A DNA stretch of 64,000 nt from the human T2T-CHM13v2.0 reference genome, Homo sapiens, in the NCBI RefSeq assembly GCF_009914755.1, contig NC_060947.1. One strand, given 5' to 3'. The position numbers were made by a program, and so were the translations under genes. The number at the start of each line of letters is the position of its first letter. Position 1 is the first letter of the stretch. The notes under the pieces were generated by a model. That model worked only from the letters and a program-made list of their open reading frames with translations, did no database searches and was not told the DNA's origin. Of this stretch, positions 39,468 through 54,801 are shown in pieces.

Positions 39468-40164
39468 AATGAAATCATCCACTGTGTTTAAGAAGAGTAG
39501 TTTGACAGAATATAAAATTCATGGCTGGTATTTCTTTTCTTTAAGTTGCATAAGGAAATTTTTGAATGTATAAATATAGAGTCAAAAATGCAAAATAAAA
39601 TACTGGCAAATAAAATTCAGCAATGCATTAAGTTCTTAACATTACCATATGTAAGTAGTAAATTTATCACATAATCTATTTAAACATAATTTTAGTGTAA
39701 ATTCAGGAATATAAGAACTGCTCTACATAATGTTTTCTCATTTATAAATTAACCTGCCTTATCAATCCTTCTTTTCCCTTCTTCCCAAACTGAAAATAAA
39801 ACTAACTTTAAGAGGAAAATTCAAACATGTGTCAATCTGTGAGGGGTGAATTAATAAAGCAACAAGAATTATCTGGCCGTCCCTTCCTAGTTATTATTAA
39901 GCGGTCAAAGAGGACAGAAAGCACATATGCATCATACATTTTCATCATTTTATCAGGAATGGAATCCAATGATGGATTCTACCATCACGTTCCAGAACAA
40001 ATGACCTTTAGAATTCCTTCAGACACTTGGCAACGTATATACACTTGACCCATAGAAGGTAATTTTTAGTTTTCAATGTACATGATCGGTCTCATCCAAA
40101 TTTGAGAAAGAAGAAATATTTGCTAACAGTCTCTATAGACAGTCTCTGTCCAGGTCAAAAGACT

Positions 40165-40305
40165 GTATATATATCCATAACTGTATCTATATAGATATAT
40201 AGTGCCTATGTGCATATATATGTGTGTGTTTTATACATATATATGCATGTGTGTGGTGTGTATGTGCATATGTATGTGTTTTATACATATATGTATGTAT
40301 GTGTG

Positions 40306-40352
<47 letters not shown>

Positions 40353-40365
40353 CGACAGACAGACA
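40165..40365. repeat. Low-complexity (TA)/(TG)/(GA)/(GACA) tract
   Basis: Read directly. Confidence 0.9.
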
Positions 40366-41047
40366 AAATTAAAACAAAGTTTAAAACATGGGTGAATGCT
40401 GTATTTGGGGGAAGTCTAGCATATTTTTAAAACTAAGAACTGTGTCTTTAGAGGGGTAACTTTAAAGGCTTTCATCATATAATTAGCAGACCACCAAGAA
40501 ATATAAGTCCTCATTTCACTGCATGAAAAAAATATTTCTTCTTGCTGTTCAAAACACATTAAGTGTTTTAGGGAGAGGAATTTAGCCTATGTTTTTCTTT
40601 GGAAAATCAAACTTACTTAAACAAGTAATACTGAGTTGCTTTCTATGTCATCTACAAGCCACAGCAATGAGTCACTAGTTCCTGAAACACAGTGTGGCTA
40701 TACTTGGATTTTTGACATATATCTAAAGATGTCTTGGACACACATTGCTTCCAGCCACAGACCAAATGAGGGTAGCCAAGTTCTCCCTATGATGGAAAAC
40801 ACACACAAACCATAAGGAAGGCACATCAGAATAATAATATGCTTGTAAATGATGTGAAAAAAAGAGAGAGGGAACGGGATACTATGGGAAGAAGTCAGTC
40901 TTAGTTTTCCCTCACTTTTTCTTGACTTCTACCGGCTTTAGAGATTGTTTCACTTCCCCAGTGTGGGTGGACAGAGGCTTTGTTTCTTTCACCTGCTGTC
41001 ATGACAGTCTCTGTCCTGTCATTCTTTTCTTCACTCACTCAGATAAT

Positions 41048-41262
41048 CTGCATAGTGAAGTAGAAGCTTGGCTTTCAAGTCAAACGGACAGACTTCAAGT
41101 CCCGGTTTTTCTACTTACTTGTGGTTTGATCTCAAGCAAGTTATTTTGTGTTATTTCCCTGGGACTTTCTGAGCCTCAGTTTTCTCATATATTAAGAGAA
41201 GCTACCAGTATTTTTCTTTCAAGACTGTTGTGAAGGTTAAATAATGAGTATGAAAGGGCTCT
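41048..41262 (+). mobile_element. MIR SINE
   Basis: gcatagtgaagtagaagcttggc..tctgagcctcagttttctcat..gttgtgaaggttaaat. Confidence 0.7.
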
Positions 41263-42134
41263 AATTTGTTTTACTATTCACTCTATACTTGCAATGAATG
41301 AAAGGCACTTTTCTAGATCACTGAGAGCATAAAGTGAAATAGGACAATCTCTGCCATTGAAGCAATTCATTAAGATCTATATATTTTCTATCCTACATTA
41401 TACCCTATACATGTGCTTATCAAAACTTAACTGGTTTATGCCTCATTACCTCAGGGTTTTGATCCAAAGTCTTCAATTTAATAACATAATTTATGATAAT
41501 GTGTTCATGCCTCCTTAGGGCATCATAGATTACCCTTCAGGATATATAGACATTTAAAATAGAGTTTTTGGAGACTATGGGACGAAGGAATATCTAGCAG
41601 TGGGAATTTCCAATGTCCCCTTCCCAAAGTTCATCTTTCTATAAATAATGTTTAGAAGTGGTTTTGTGTACTCACAATGCATGGGAGACTAGTCTTGCTA
41701 ATATTTTAGTATAAGGAAAAAAGATAACTCTTTTTCAGGAAAGCAATTTGGCATAATGTGTCAAGAACTTTAAAGACGTTCACTCGCATTAACTTAGTAA
41801 TTGCACTTTGAGGAATATCTTAGTAAGTTACATTTGAAAAAACTGGTTTTCACATAAAGGTTTATTCTAGTGCAAACAATTGCAAGCAGTGTAAATGACA
41901 AACGTCAAAAGAATGATTACATAAACTATACTATATCTATCTGATATAATGTTGTAGACCCATTAAAATTACTTTATGAATATTTTAATGCAGTAAGAAA
42001 ACACTTACGTTACAAGGTTGATTAATATAAAATGCAAGTTGGATTTGGTATGAGTATACAAAGTTATATATATTTAATATAAGCCAACTATATAAAATTG
42101 ATTCATAATATAAAATATAAAGTGAGATATTTAA

Positions 42135-42650
42135 TTATCCATTTAATGGATCTCTATTGAACATTTACTATTTGCTGGGTGCTTTCTCAATACTAGGTAT
42201 ATACAGGTGAACAAGGCAAAACAGTTTCTGCCCTCATAGAATGAAAATAGCAGAGAAAAAGCTAGTTATTAACTATATAGAGTGTGATAAAGGAAATAAA
42301 TTGAATTATGTGAAACAAAATACAGGAAACTAACAAGAGTAGGTGGTCAATGAAAGAGTTGATGAAGTGACATTTATGTTGAGACTTGAATAATGTGAAG
42401 ATGTCAGTCACAAAGACTTGGGCAAGAGCTGCTTGGCAGAAGAGATGGCATGTGCAAAGACTCTGAGGAGATAATTGAGCTAGCATGTCCATGTAACACG
42501 AAAAGACCACGATCACAGATAATAGTGAGGTATGGAAAAGTGGTATGTGATAAATTTGGAGAGGTAAGTATGAGCTAGATTATGGATTGTCTTGCAGCTA
42601 TGATTAAAAAGTTTGGGTTTTGTTTTAAGAGGAATAGTAGGCCATTGAAT
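42135..42650 (-). mobile_element. L2 3' fragment
   Basis: tattgaacatttactatttgctgggtgc..ctgccctcataga..gcatgtgcaaagactctgagg. Confidence 0.75.
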
Positions 42651-42659
42651 GGCTAAAAT

Positions 42660-43090
42660 TTTCATTACATAAAAATAGTTAAAATCTATGTCAAAATGCA
42701 CAATAAATAAAATCAAAAGGCAAGTACCAAACTGGGGGAAGGTGTTTGCAATCTATACAACAGAAAAAAAGTTACCTTTAGAAAACAAAGAGTTATTATA
42801 AATGAATACGACAAAAGATGAATATCCCCATGAAAAAAATGGACAAAATACATAACCTCATATTTCACTAAAAAACAATAAAGGTATTCATAAACACAAA
42901 AAATCCAATCTCGATATCAATTAAATACAAATTAATGGAAATATTAGATATATTTCTTCTATAAAAATAGCAAAAAATAAAGGAAATGGTAATATGTGAT
43001 TGCAGTGGCTGTTCAGGGAAACAGGTACTGTTGAACTGTACATTGGTCCCTTTAAGAAAGGCACTTTTTTAACAATGACATGTCTAGAAA
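42660..43090 (+). mobile_element. Ancient L1M ORF2 3' fragment
   Basis: aaaaggcaagtaccaaactgggggaaggtgtttgcaatctatacaac..aaaatggacaaaa. Confidence 0.65.
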
Positions 43091-43639
43091 TGCTTATTAA
43101 TTATTAATTATTCTTCTTGGAGTTTTGCAAAGCTTATCCTCAAGGAAACAAGTTTGATATTCTTTTCAGACACATGAGTCTATGATGAAGTCTCTGACAA
43201 CTTGACATGAATGCATTGAATATTTATAGTTTAAAAGATGATGAGGGAGATGTCAATACTTTATTAAAAGTCTAAAATATGTAATTTAAAATACTTGAGC
43301 AATGTATGCACTTTCTGTTATCCCTCAAATCATACAACTGTCAACAGCAAACATTAACTGAGTGGTATTATTTAGTAGACACTGAGGATGCAGTAAGAAA
43401 GATGGAAGATACAAACAGAGAAAATTTAATGAAATAAAAAGAGACAAGCCCTAGATCTTAAAAGAGAAAAAATTTATGTAATTATGTGTTATTCTGAGTT
43501 TCTGTGAGTTACTGATACTATTCCACCAGAAGTTACCTGTGTGCTGGAAAATTACAAGAGCAAAGTGCAATCAGGTTCCAACAAGCGTTCTGACAAATGT
43601 AAAATGATAACCTGGCACAATCCTGGATGACAGTAGCAA

Positions 43640-44100
43640 AAATCAAATATTTACTGAACACTGATTATATGCCAGACATTTAGCAAAGAAGTATGCATTT
43701 AACTTTGAAAAAAAATCATATGAAATAGATGATATTATCTCCATTTTTTACGTGATAAAACTGAGATTCAGAACGTTTAAATAATTTGTCTAAGGTCATA
43801 CAGCTGGCAGATGATAGAGTCAGGTTTCATTTCAGAGAATCTGAACACCTTCTTTGTACTAAGGAATGATGAACATAAAAACAGTTATTTTATAGCACTT
43901 TACTGTATATAAAGAGATGTCACACAAACTCATATAATCCCTACTAAAATTTTTAGAGATAGGTATTGTTTCTGTGTCCATTTCACTAATTAGAGAATAA
44001 GCTCAGAGAAACTAAGTGAAGTAAACCCAAGGTTAGAGAGCCACTAAGGGAACATACTTAGGTTATCTGACTCTAAGTACTATTTTTCCATGACACAACA
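43640..44100 (-). mobile_element. Two MIR copies
   Basis: atttactgaacactgattatatgccagaca..aaactgagattcaga..aaggtcatacagctgg; second copy gctcagagaaactaagtga. Confidence 0.65.
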
Positions 44101-45358
44101 GTCAGTCGTTATAGGCTTTCACATTTTGGATTGTCTCAAAATGCAGCACATAATACTTAATCATGTCCATGTCTTACTAATATAGTCCATCCGATGCTTT
44201 CTTGCTTTCAACTTATTAAACTTTGGTTATTAAAGCTTTAAAAGGAACATCTCTTTTGTAGGGAGAGAGTTGTGTGGGAATGTGTTCGTGTGTGCATGCA
44301 TAGGTGTGTGAAAGAGAGAGTAAAAGAGAGACAGAGACAGATATACATAGTGAGATAGAAAGAGTCAGAAAGCAAATCAGAGAAAGAGAATAAAACAGAT
44401 ATACACACAGAAGCGCCATGAAAAAAGACTAGGAAGAAAATAGAGTATAAAAGTAAACTTCTAGAAATAAAAAAAGGTACATAAAAACAATGAGATACTT
44501 ATATGGGGACATCTAGAATTGGCCAAGATTTTTAAAAAGGAAAATATGAAACAGTGATGAAACTGCTGGTAGTCTAAATTAATATACTATCATAAATGCC
44601 ATAACCACATTAAAGAAGTTGTTCTTTTAAAGGCTTTAATGACCAAAGATTAATGTCAATTTGAGAGCAAGAAAGTATCTGCTAGACTCTGTCAGTAAGA
44701 CATGTACATGATTAGGTATCATGTGCTTCATTTTGAAGCAACCCAAAATGTGAAAACTAGTAACAACCAACTGTGGTGTCATGGAAAGAACATACTATTT
44801 GGAGTCAGATAAACTGAGTCTGAGTCATTAGTGGCTCTCTAACCTTGGTTTTATTTGACTTAGCTTCCCTGAATCTGTTTCTTATTCAGCAAAATGGGGA
44901 TAGTAACAATACCCATCTCTAATAATATTAGTAAAGATTACATGAGTTCATGCGACAGAAATTTATAAAAGGTAAAGGACTATAAAAATACTAGTCTTTG
45001 GAGAGTAATTTTGCATTTCAAATCTCTGAGAAAAGGAGCATTATTTTGACTTTGGCCCTACATTTCAACTTTTAGGAATTTAACCTAAAGAAATAATCAA
45101 GGATACAAACATATTATCTACAAGGATGCTCATCACAGTATAGTTTATAATAACAAAATATTGGTGACAACTTAAATTGTAACATAACTTGTGACCTACA
45201 CAATCAAAAAAATGAATACTTTGCAGCCAAATAAAATGGGGATATAAATGATTATTCACGAAGGAGAGATGTTCACGGTATACTGTTAGTAAGAGAAGTA
45301 GATTGCAAAACCTTATTAGCATTATATTTCAAATGTTAATGGTTTCCATTAAATCATG

Positions 45359-47758
45359 TGTATTAGTCCATTCTCACATTGCTGTAAAGAATTATCTGAA
45401 ACTGGGTAATTTATAAAGAAGAGAGGTTTTATTGGATCGCATTTTTCACAGGCTGCACAAGAAGCAAGGCTAGGGAAGCTTCCTGTGGAGGAAATTTACA
45501 ATTATGATGGAAGATGAAGGGGAAGCAGGTAAGTCCTACATGGAGGAGGAAGACAGTGAAGTGGGAGGTGCTACAAACATGTAAACAACCAGATCTTATA
45601 AGAATTCCAAGACAGCATTAGGGTGATGGTGCTAAACCATTATAAACCATCCTCATGATCCAATCACCTTCCACCAGGCCCCACCTCCAACACTGGGGAT
45701 TACAATTCAACATGAGTTTTGGGTGCGGACACAAAGTTAAACCACATCATTTTGCCCCTGGGCCTTCCCAAATCTTATGTCCTTTTCACATTACAAAAAC
45801 AATCATGCCTTCTCAACAGTGCTTCATAGTCTTAACTCATTCCAGCGTTACCTCAAAAGTCCAAGTCCAAAGTTTCATCTGAGACAAGGCAAGTCCCTTC
45901 CACCTGTGAGCATGTAAAGTCAAAAATAAGTTAGTTTCTTCCAAGATACAATAGGGGTACAGGCACTGGGTAAATGCTCCCATTCCAAAAGGGAGAAATT
46001 GGCCAAAACAAAGGGGCTACAGACCCCATGCATGTCCAAAAACCAACAGGGCAGTCATTAAATCTCAAAGCTCCAGAATAATCTCCTTTGACTCCATGAC
46101 TCACATCCAGGCCACAATGATGCAAAAGGTGGGCTCCTATGGCCTTGGGAAGCCCCACCCCTGTGGCTATGTGGGGTACAGCCCCCAAGGCTGCTTTCAT
46201 GGGCTGGTCTTGAGTGCCTGTGGCTTTTCCAGGGTCATGGTGCAAGCTGTCAGTGGATTGACTATCCTGGAGTCTGGAGGATAGTGGCCCTCCCCTGAGA
46301 GCTCCTCTAGGCAGTGCCTCAGTAACAACTATGTGTAGGGCCTCCTCCAACCTCATATTTTCCCTCCTCACTGTCTTAGTAGAGGTTTTCCATGAGCACT
46401 TCATCCCTACAGCATTTTTCTGCCTGGACATTCAGGTGTTTCCACCTGAATGTTGAGGCTTCCAAGCCTCAACTCTTGTCCTCTTCACACCCGCAGGCTT
46501 AACACCATATGGAAGTTGCCAAGACTTATGGCTGGCACCTTCTGGAACAGTAGAGCAGTGGCTTGAGTCATTTCTGAAGCCCTTTTAGCCATGGCTAGAG
46601 CTGAAGTGGCCAGCACACAGGGAGCAGTGTCCTGAGGTTGCACAGGGAAGCAGAGCCCTCGGCCAAGCCTGCAAAACCATTATTTCCTCTTAGACTCCAG
46701 GCCTGAGATGGGAGGGTTGTCACAAAGATCTCTGAAATGCTTTCGAGGCATATTCCCCAGTGTCTTACCTATTAACATTTGGCTCTTCTTTACTTATGCA
46801 AATTTCTGCAGCCAGCTTGAATTCCTCCTCAGCAAATAGGTTGGAATTTTCTACCACATGGTCAGGCTGCAAATTTTCTAAACTTTCATGCTCCACTTCC
46901 TTTTTAAATATAAGTTCCAGTTTCAAATCATCTGTTTGCTCACACATATGATTTTATGCTGTTACAAGCAGCTAGGCCATATCTTGAATACTTTGCTGCT
47001 TAAATATTTCTTTTGCCAGATATCCTGAATCATCTCTCTAAAGCTCAAATTTCCACAGATCTCTAAGACAGGGCACAATGCTACCAATATCTTTGCTAAA
47101 GCATAGCAAGAGTGACCTTTACTCCAGTTCTCATCTTCATCTGAGATCACCTCAGCCTGTACTTCATTGTCCGTATCATTATCAGCATTTTGGTCACAAC
47201 AATTTAATAAATCTCTAGGAAGTCCCAAACTTTCTCTCATCATCCTATCTTCTTCTGAGCCCTCCAAACTGTTCCAACCTCTCCCCATTACCCAGTTCTA
47301 AAGCTGCTTCTATATTTTTAGGTATCTTTATAGCAATGTCCCACTTCCCTCATATTGATTTTCTGTATTATTCTATTCTTGCATTGCTATAAAGAACTAC
47401 CTGAGAAATGGGTAATTGAAAAAGAAAAAGGGTTTAATGGGCTCACAATTTCACAGGCTGTAGAGAAAGCATGGCTGGGGAGGCCTCAGGAAACTTACAA
47501 TAATTGTGGAAGGCAAAAGGGAAGCAGGCATGTCATGGATGGCTTGAGCAGAAGGAAGAGTGAAGAAGGTGGTGCTACACACTTTTAAACAACCAAAACT
47601 CGTGAGAACTCTACATGAGATAGCACTAGAGGGAAAGTGTTAAACCATTAGAAACCACCCTCATGATTCAATTGCCTATCACCAGTACCCACCTCCTACA
47701 TTGGAGAATTACAATTCGGTGTGAGATTTAGGTGGGGACACAGAGCTGAAACATATCA
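45359..47758 (-). mobile_element. Full MSTA-like MaLR element: LTR 45359-45749, internal, LTR 47364-47758
   Basis: Two homologous TG..CA LTRs around a ~1.6 kb MaLR internal region; sits in an old L1M 3' end. Confidence 0.92.
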
Positions 47759-47789
47759 GTAAGGATAATGAAATTATGGTTGACTTATA

Positions 47790-47836
47790 CTTTTCTTTCT
47801 TCTATTCTTTCTTTCTTTTCTTCCTTCCTTTCTTTT

Positions 47837-47880
<44 letters not shown>

Positions 47881-48070
47881 TCCTGCTTCTCTTTCTCCTT
47901 CCTTTTCCCCTTTCTTCCTTTCCCTTTCTTTTCCTTCCTTCCTTCCTTCCTTCCTTCCTTCCTTCCTTCCTTCCTTCCTTCCTTCCCTCCCTCCCTCTCT
48001 CCTTCCTTCCTTTCTTCCTTCATTCTTGCTTTTCTTCTGTCTTTTTTCTGTGTTTTTTTCTACTCATTTT
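47790..48070. repeat. (TTTC)n/(TTCC)n polypyrimidine tract
   Basis: Read directly. Confidence 0.95.
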
Positions 48071-49407
48071 TGTGTGGAAAATGTTTTTTCAGTAAAGGAA
48101 TAACCTTTGTTATTAAAAATTCTTTTTTAAGAAAAAAGAAAAGAAAATCACTTTATTAGAGAAAGTACATTAAAGAAAAACAAAAAGAAATTATAATAAA
48201 AGATTATATTGAGGAAGACACTTGAAAAATTTATAATCACTTCTCTATCTCCAAAGCTTAAAAATTGTTCATTAAGAGTGTTTTGCTCACTAAATCAGAG
48301 ACAATGGTCAAAAAATATTTCAATATAATCCTTTGTAAACTCCACACATGAGCACTTTAATTAATAGCTCATCTGAAAGCTGTGAAGACAACTAGGAACT
48401 AGGCATCAGTGAAGGTTTTGGCATGAAAACATTTTGTATGAAGTCTCTCCTCCTTCCATCTCCATCAAAATGAAAACTTGCATTCACTTTCAGGTATGAG
48501 GTGAATCTTGAACGATGCCGCGTTTTCACATGCTCAACTCCCCTTATGCCTTCTGTACTACCAAGTCTGCCTCAATCTAAAAACAGCAAATACACAGTTT
48601 TTTTTTTTTTTAACAAGGCTCAGTGGAAGCTCTCAACACTCTGTAAGGGTCTCCATACTAAATACACAAGAGACAACATTCCCAAACACTGGCATAGAAA
48701 CCTAGTATATATAGTCCTTCTATTCCCCTATGTTCCTATAACATGTAATAAACTTTCAGTTGTTAGGAAGTAATTAGAGAAATAAAAAACAGGGTTATAT
48801 TTAGTGAAGGATTTTGTGAAGGCTAAAGGCATTTGATGGTTCTACTGCTTTAAACTGTCCTGGCTAAGAGCAGCGAAGTATTTTTGGTAGAACATTTTAG
48901 AAGGATGATGCCTTGTCTACAGAGGTGAAATATGTTAATAATCAGAGAAACATGCATCGTAAGTAATGCAACTGTGTTAGTTCTCCCGAGAAACAGAAAC
49001 AGTAGGATAGATAGATAGATAGATCTGAGGAGATTCATGATTCATAATTCACATAATTATCAAAGTTGAGAAAGCTCCACCAAATACTGTCTCCAAGTTG
49101 GAGAACCAGAAAAGCCAGTGGTATAATTCAGTTCAAAGGCTGTAGGCCTGAAAACAGGGTGGGGATAGGGAGATGGGAGGACAGAGTGTTGGTGTAAGTT
49201 CCAGATCCCAAGGCGCAAAAATCAGATGTCATGTCTGAGGGCTGGAGTAGACAATGTCTCAGCTAAAGAAAGGAAAGAATTCACCCTTTCTCCTTTTTGT
49301 TTTACTCAGTTCCTCAACAGATTGGATGATGCCCACCCACATTGATGAGAGCAGATCTTCTTCATTCAACCTACTTATTCAAATGTTAATCTCTTACAGA
49401 AAGACCC

Positions 49408-51607
49408 TAATATAGTTCGGCTGTGTTTACATCAAAATCTCAGCTTGAATTCCCACGTGTTGTGATTCTTGTGATATTGAATACATCTCATGAGATCTGT
49501 TGGTTTTAAAAAGGGGAGTTTCCCTGCACAAGCTCTCTTCTCTTGCCTGCTGCCATGTGAGACATGCCTTTTACCTTCTGCCATAATTGTGAGTCCTCCC
49601 CAGTCATGTGGAAATGTAAGTCGATTAAACCTTTTTCTTTTGTGAATTGCCCAGTCTCAGGTATGTCTTTATCAGCAGTGTGAAAAAGGATTAATACGGT
49701 AAGTTGGTACCAGTAGAGTGGGGTGCTCCTGAAAAGATACCTGAAAATGTGGAAGTTACTTTGGAACTGGGTAACAGGTTGGAACAGTTTGGAGGGCTCA
49801 GAAAAAGTCAGCAAAATGTAGAAAAATTTGGAACTCCCTAAAGACTTGTTGAATGGCTTTGACAAAAATGCTGATAATTACACGTACAGTGAAATCCAGG
49901 CTGAGGTGGTCTCAGATGGAGATGAGGAACTTGTTGGGAACTGGAGCAAAGGTGACTCTTGTTATGTTTTAGCAAAGAGACTGGTGGCATTTTACCCCTG
50001 CCCTAGAGATTTGTGGAACTTTGAACTTGAGAGAGATGATTTAGTGTATCTCTTGGAAGAAATTTCTAAGCAGCAAAGCATTCAAGAAGTGGCTTGGATG
50101 CTGTTAAAGGCATTCAGTTTTAAAAGGGAAACAGCATAAAACTTTGGAAAATTTAGAGCCTGACAATGTGACAAAAAAGGAAATCTCATTTTCTGAGGAC
50201 AAATGCAAACCCACTGCAGAAATTTGCATAACTAACAAGGAGCCAAATATTAATCACCAAGACAATGGGGAAAATATCTCCAGGGCATTTCAGAGGTCTT
50301 AACTGCAGTCCCTCCCATCACAGGCCCAGAGGCCTAGAAGGAAAAAATGGTTTTGAGGTCCAGGCCCAGGGTCCATGTGCTGTGTGTAGCCTAGGGACTT
50401 AGTGACCTGCATCCCAGCTCCAGTCATGCCTAAGAGGGGCCAATGTAGAACTTGGGCCATGGCTTCAGAGGGTGCAAGCCCCAAGCCTTAGCACCTTCAA
50501 TGTGACAATGAGCCTGTGAGTGCAGAGAAGTCGAGAATTGGGTTTTGGGAACCTCCACCTGAATTTCAGAGGATGTATGGAAACACATGGATGTCCAGGC
50601 AGAAGTTAGCATCAAGGGCAGGGCCGTCATGGATAACGTCTGGTTGGACAGTATGGAAGGAAAACATGGGATCAGAGCTCCCACACAGAGTTCCTACTGG
50701 GGCACCACCTAGTGGAGCTGTAAAAAGAAGATCACCATCCTCCACTCCCAAGAATGGTAGATCTACTGACAGCTTGTACTGTGAACATGGAAAAGCTGCA
50801 GATACTCAATGCCAGTTTGTAAAATCAGCCAGGAGGGAGGCTGAACCTTGCAAAGCCACAGAGGCTGTCCTGTCCAAGGTCACAGGAACCCACCTCTTGC
50901 ATCACCATGACCTGGATGTAAGACATGGAGTCAAAAGAGATAATTTTGCAGCTTTAAGATTTGACTGCCCCACTGGATTTTGCACTTGCATGGGGCGTGT
51001 GGCCTCTTTTTTTCTGGCCCATTGCTCCCATTTGGAATGGCTGTATTTACCCAGTGCCTGTACCCCCATTGTATCTAGAAAGCTACTAACTTGCTTTTGA
51101 TTTTACAGGCTCATAGACTGAAGTGACTTTCTTTGTCTCAGATAAGACTTTGGGCTGTAGACTTTTGAGTTAAAGTTAAAATGAGTTAAGACTTTGGGGG
51201 ACTCTTGGGAAGGCATGATTGGTTTCAAAATGTGAGGACATGAGATTTGGGAAGGGCCAGGGATGGAATGACATGGTTTGGCTGTGTCCTCAATCAAATA
51301 TCGTCTTGAATTTCCACATGTTGTGGGAGAGACCCAGTGGGAGGTAATTGAATTATGGCAGCAGGTCTTTCCTGTGCTGTTCTTGTAATAGTGAATAAGT
51401 CTCATTAATTCTGATGGTTTTAAAAGGGGAGTTTCTCTGCAGATACTCTCTTCTCATCTGCCACCATCTGTGATATGCCTTTCACCTTCTGACATGATTG
51501 TGAGGCCTCCCCAGCCATGTGGAACTGTGTCCATTAAACCTCTTTATTTTATATATTGCCCAGTCTCGGGTATGCCTTTATCAACAGCATGAAAATGGAC
51601 TAATACA
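49408..51607 (+). mobile_element. Full THE1 (THE1B-like) element: LTR 49408-49698, internal, LTR 51269-51607
   Basis: Two LTRs, THE1-int sequence (ELPKDLLNGFDKNAD..EVVSDGDEELVGNWSKG), TSD gaccc/caccc. Confidence 0.93.
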
Positions 51608-53846
51608 CACCCTCACATACACACCCAGAAATAATCTATTACCAGCACTCTGGGCATTCTCTTAACCCAGTGATGTTGACAAAGAAAATTAACCATCAAA
51701 ATTCCACCACTTGTCAACTTGACATGCATACACAGCTCCTTCAACTATACTTAATCTCCAAATAAAGACAATAATAAAGAAATAACTCTGCTTAACGTAA
51801 TACAACTGTTCTGTGTACAAACAAAAATACATTAATTCCTACCCTCAGAGTGGAGGTAAAGTCTTTCAGTGATGTGTATTTTTTCCTGATTTTCTGTAAC
51901 TTAAATATTACAATGTAAAATTAACAATACTTAAATATTGATATAGTCAATACATTTAAAGTTATTTGATAAGGGAAAGAAAAAAATTGCTCAAAATATG
52001 TATTTTCATATGTTAAATGTGTATGTGTGTGTAATAATTCACATCCACACACGAATGTCATTCATTACAAAATGAGAAAAACATGCTCATGACAATTACA
52101 GTCCTTATTTCTGTAACTGGTTACATGGTAGTAGCTAGTATTTATAACTACTTTGTTCTGCTGTCCATCCTGTATTACCTTTCCCTTTGGCAAGCACTTA
52201 TGCTATTTGTGGTTCTTTATCTGGTAGGATAACCCAAACCTTCATTTCTGGCTGCCGTTTTCATGAGTCCACTCAGCAATGACAGAGTTGTCTGGCAAAA
52301 CAAGCTTACTGGTATCTATAGAATGCATCATTCTATCCACTTGATTAGTTAAATCCTTCTCTGCTGGGTTCATCCTTTGGAAACACTCACACAGGACACA
52401 AATATCTTCATAATTTTTTATCATTCAGAGATATTTATCCCTATGTCTTCTCCTCAAATTTTTTTTGGTCACCAATTCTCCAATTATGTTTCTTTCTGCT
52501 TCCTGTCCATCCACTCAAACGATTGGCTACAGATGATAAATTGTTATATAATTGCATTTCTAGCCATTTTGCCTTCTAAGCAAGAAGCACAACCAGGTGC
52601 AGCACTCAACGTTTTGCCCATTGGGAAAATTTACCTTTACCAGTGTCCTTCAGTGATGTCTCATAGAAGTTCTGTAGTTACAGTTTTGAGTGATGCCTTC
52701 AAAATATATTGTGCCTAAAAACTAATTCTTGTTGACAAGTCTTAATCAGCATAATGACATTAATCTAAATAACTAGCATGATATTTTGTGGAAAGAGACA
52801 GTCTAGATTTCTCTTAACTACATTATGATATAGAGTTGGAGAGTTGATATACCTCTGAGGTAGAACAGTGAAGGTATACTCTTGGCCTTGCTAGATAAAA
52901 GCAAATTGCTTCTGGTGGGCCTTGTAAATAGGATGGAGAAAAAGGTATTCGCCAGCTAAATAGCTGCATATCAGGTACCAGGGATGGGTCTACTTGCTCA
53001 AGCAACAAAACCACATCAGGTGCAGCCCCTGCAATTGGAGTCATCACTTGGCTAAGCTTACAGTAATCTATGGTCATCCTCCAATATCCATCTCTCTTCT
53101 TCACAGTCCAAATAGAAGAGTTGAATTGGGATGTGGTGGGAATCACCACCCCTACATCTTTCAAGTCCTTGATGGTAGCCCTAGTATCTGCAATGCCTCA
53201 AGAAATGCAGTATTGCTTTTAATTTACTATTTTCCTGGATAAAGGCAGTTTCCTAGATAATGGCTTGCATTTGACCTTTTCTACTATACTATCCCTTACT
53301 TTATAGGTCAAGAAACCAATGTGGAAATTCTGCTATTTGCTAAATATGTCTATTCCAATTATGCATTCTGGAATTAGGAAATAACTGCAGAATGGGTTAA
53401 GGGACCCAACGGGTCCACTGTAAGATAGACCTGAACTAAAGGTTCCATTGATTTTCTGGCCTCTGTAAGCTGTTACTCTAACTGGGGGGTCACAGTTACC
53501 TTTAAGGGTCTCCTAGAATCAATGTAAGTTCAGAGCAAGGATCTGGAGTCTCAATAAAACCTGATTATTTTTCTTTTTTTCTAATGCACAGTTACCCTTT
53601 GGGGAACGCTGAGAAAGATATGAATAATATAAATTTTCAGTGGTGCACCAAGGTCCTTCCTCAAGAAAATCTAGCGTCCCTTTCACTTAAGGGATAGTGG
53701 GTTTGCAAATAGGCTCAACTCTGGAAATTGATTGAGGGGCCATGACTCTGTTTACATGATTTATGATATACTTATTCATTTGGTCTGGAACTTTTTTTGT
53801 TTATGCAAATTAAGTATGAATTTAGTAAGCTTTCTATTTTGCTTCT

Positions 53847-54801
<955 letters not shown>

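Noticed and set aside
45931-51100. 166-aa and 194-aa ORFs
   Set aside because: Residual frames within MaLR internal sequences
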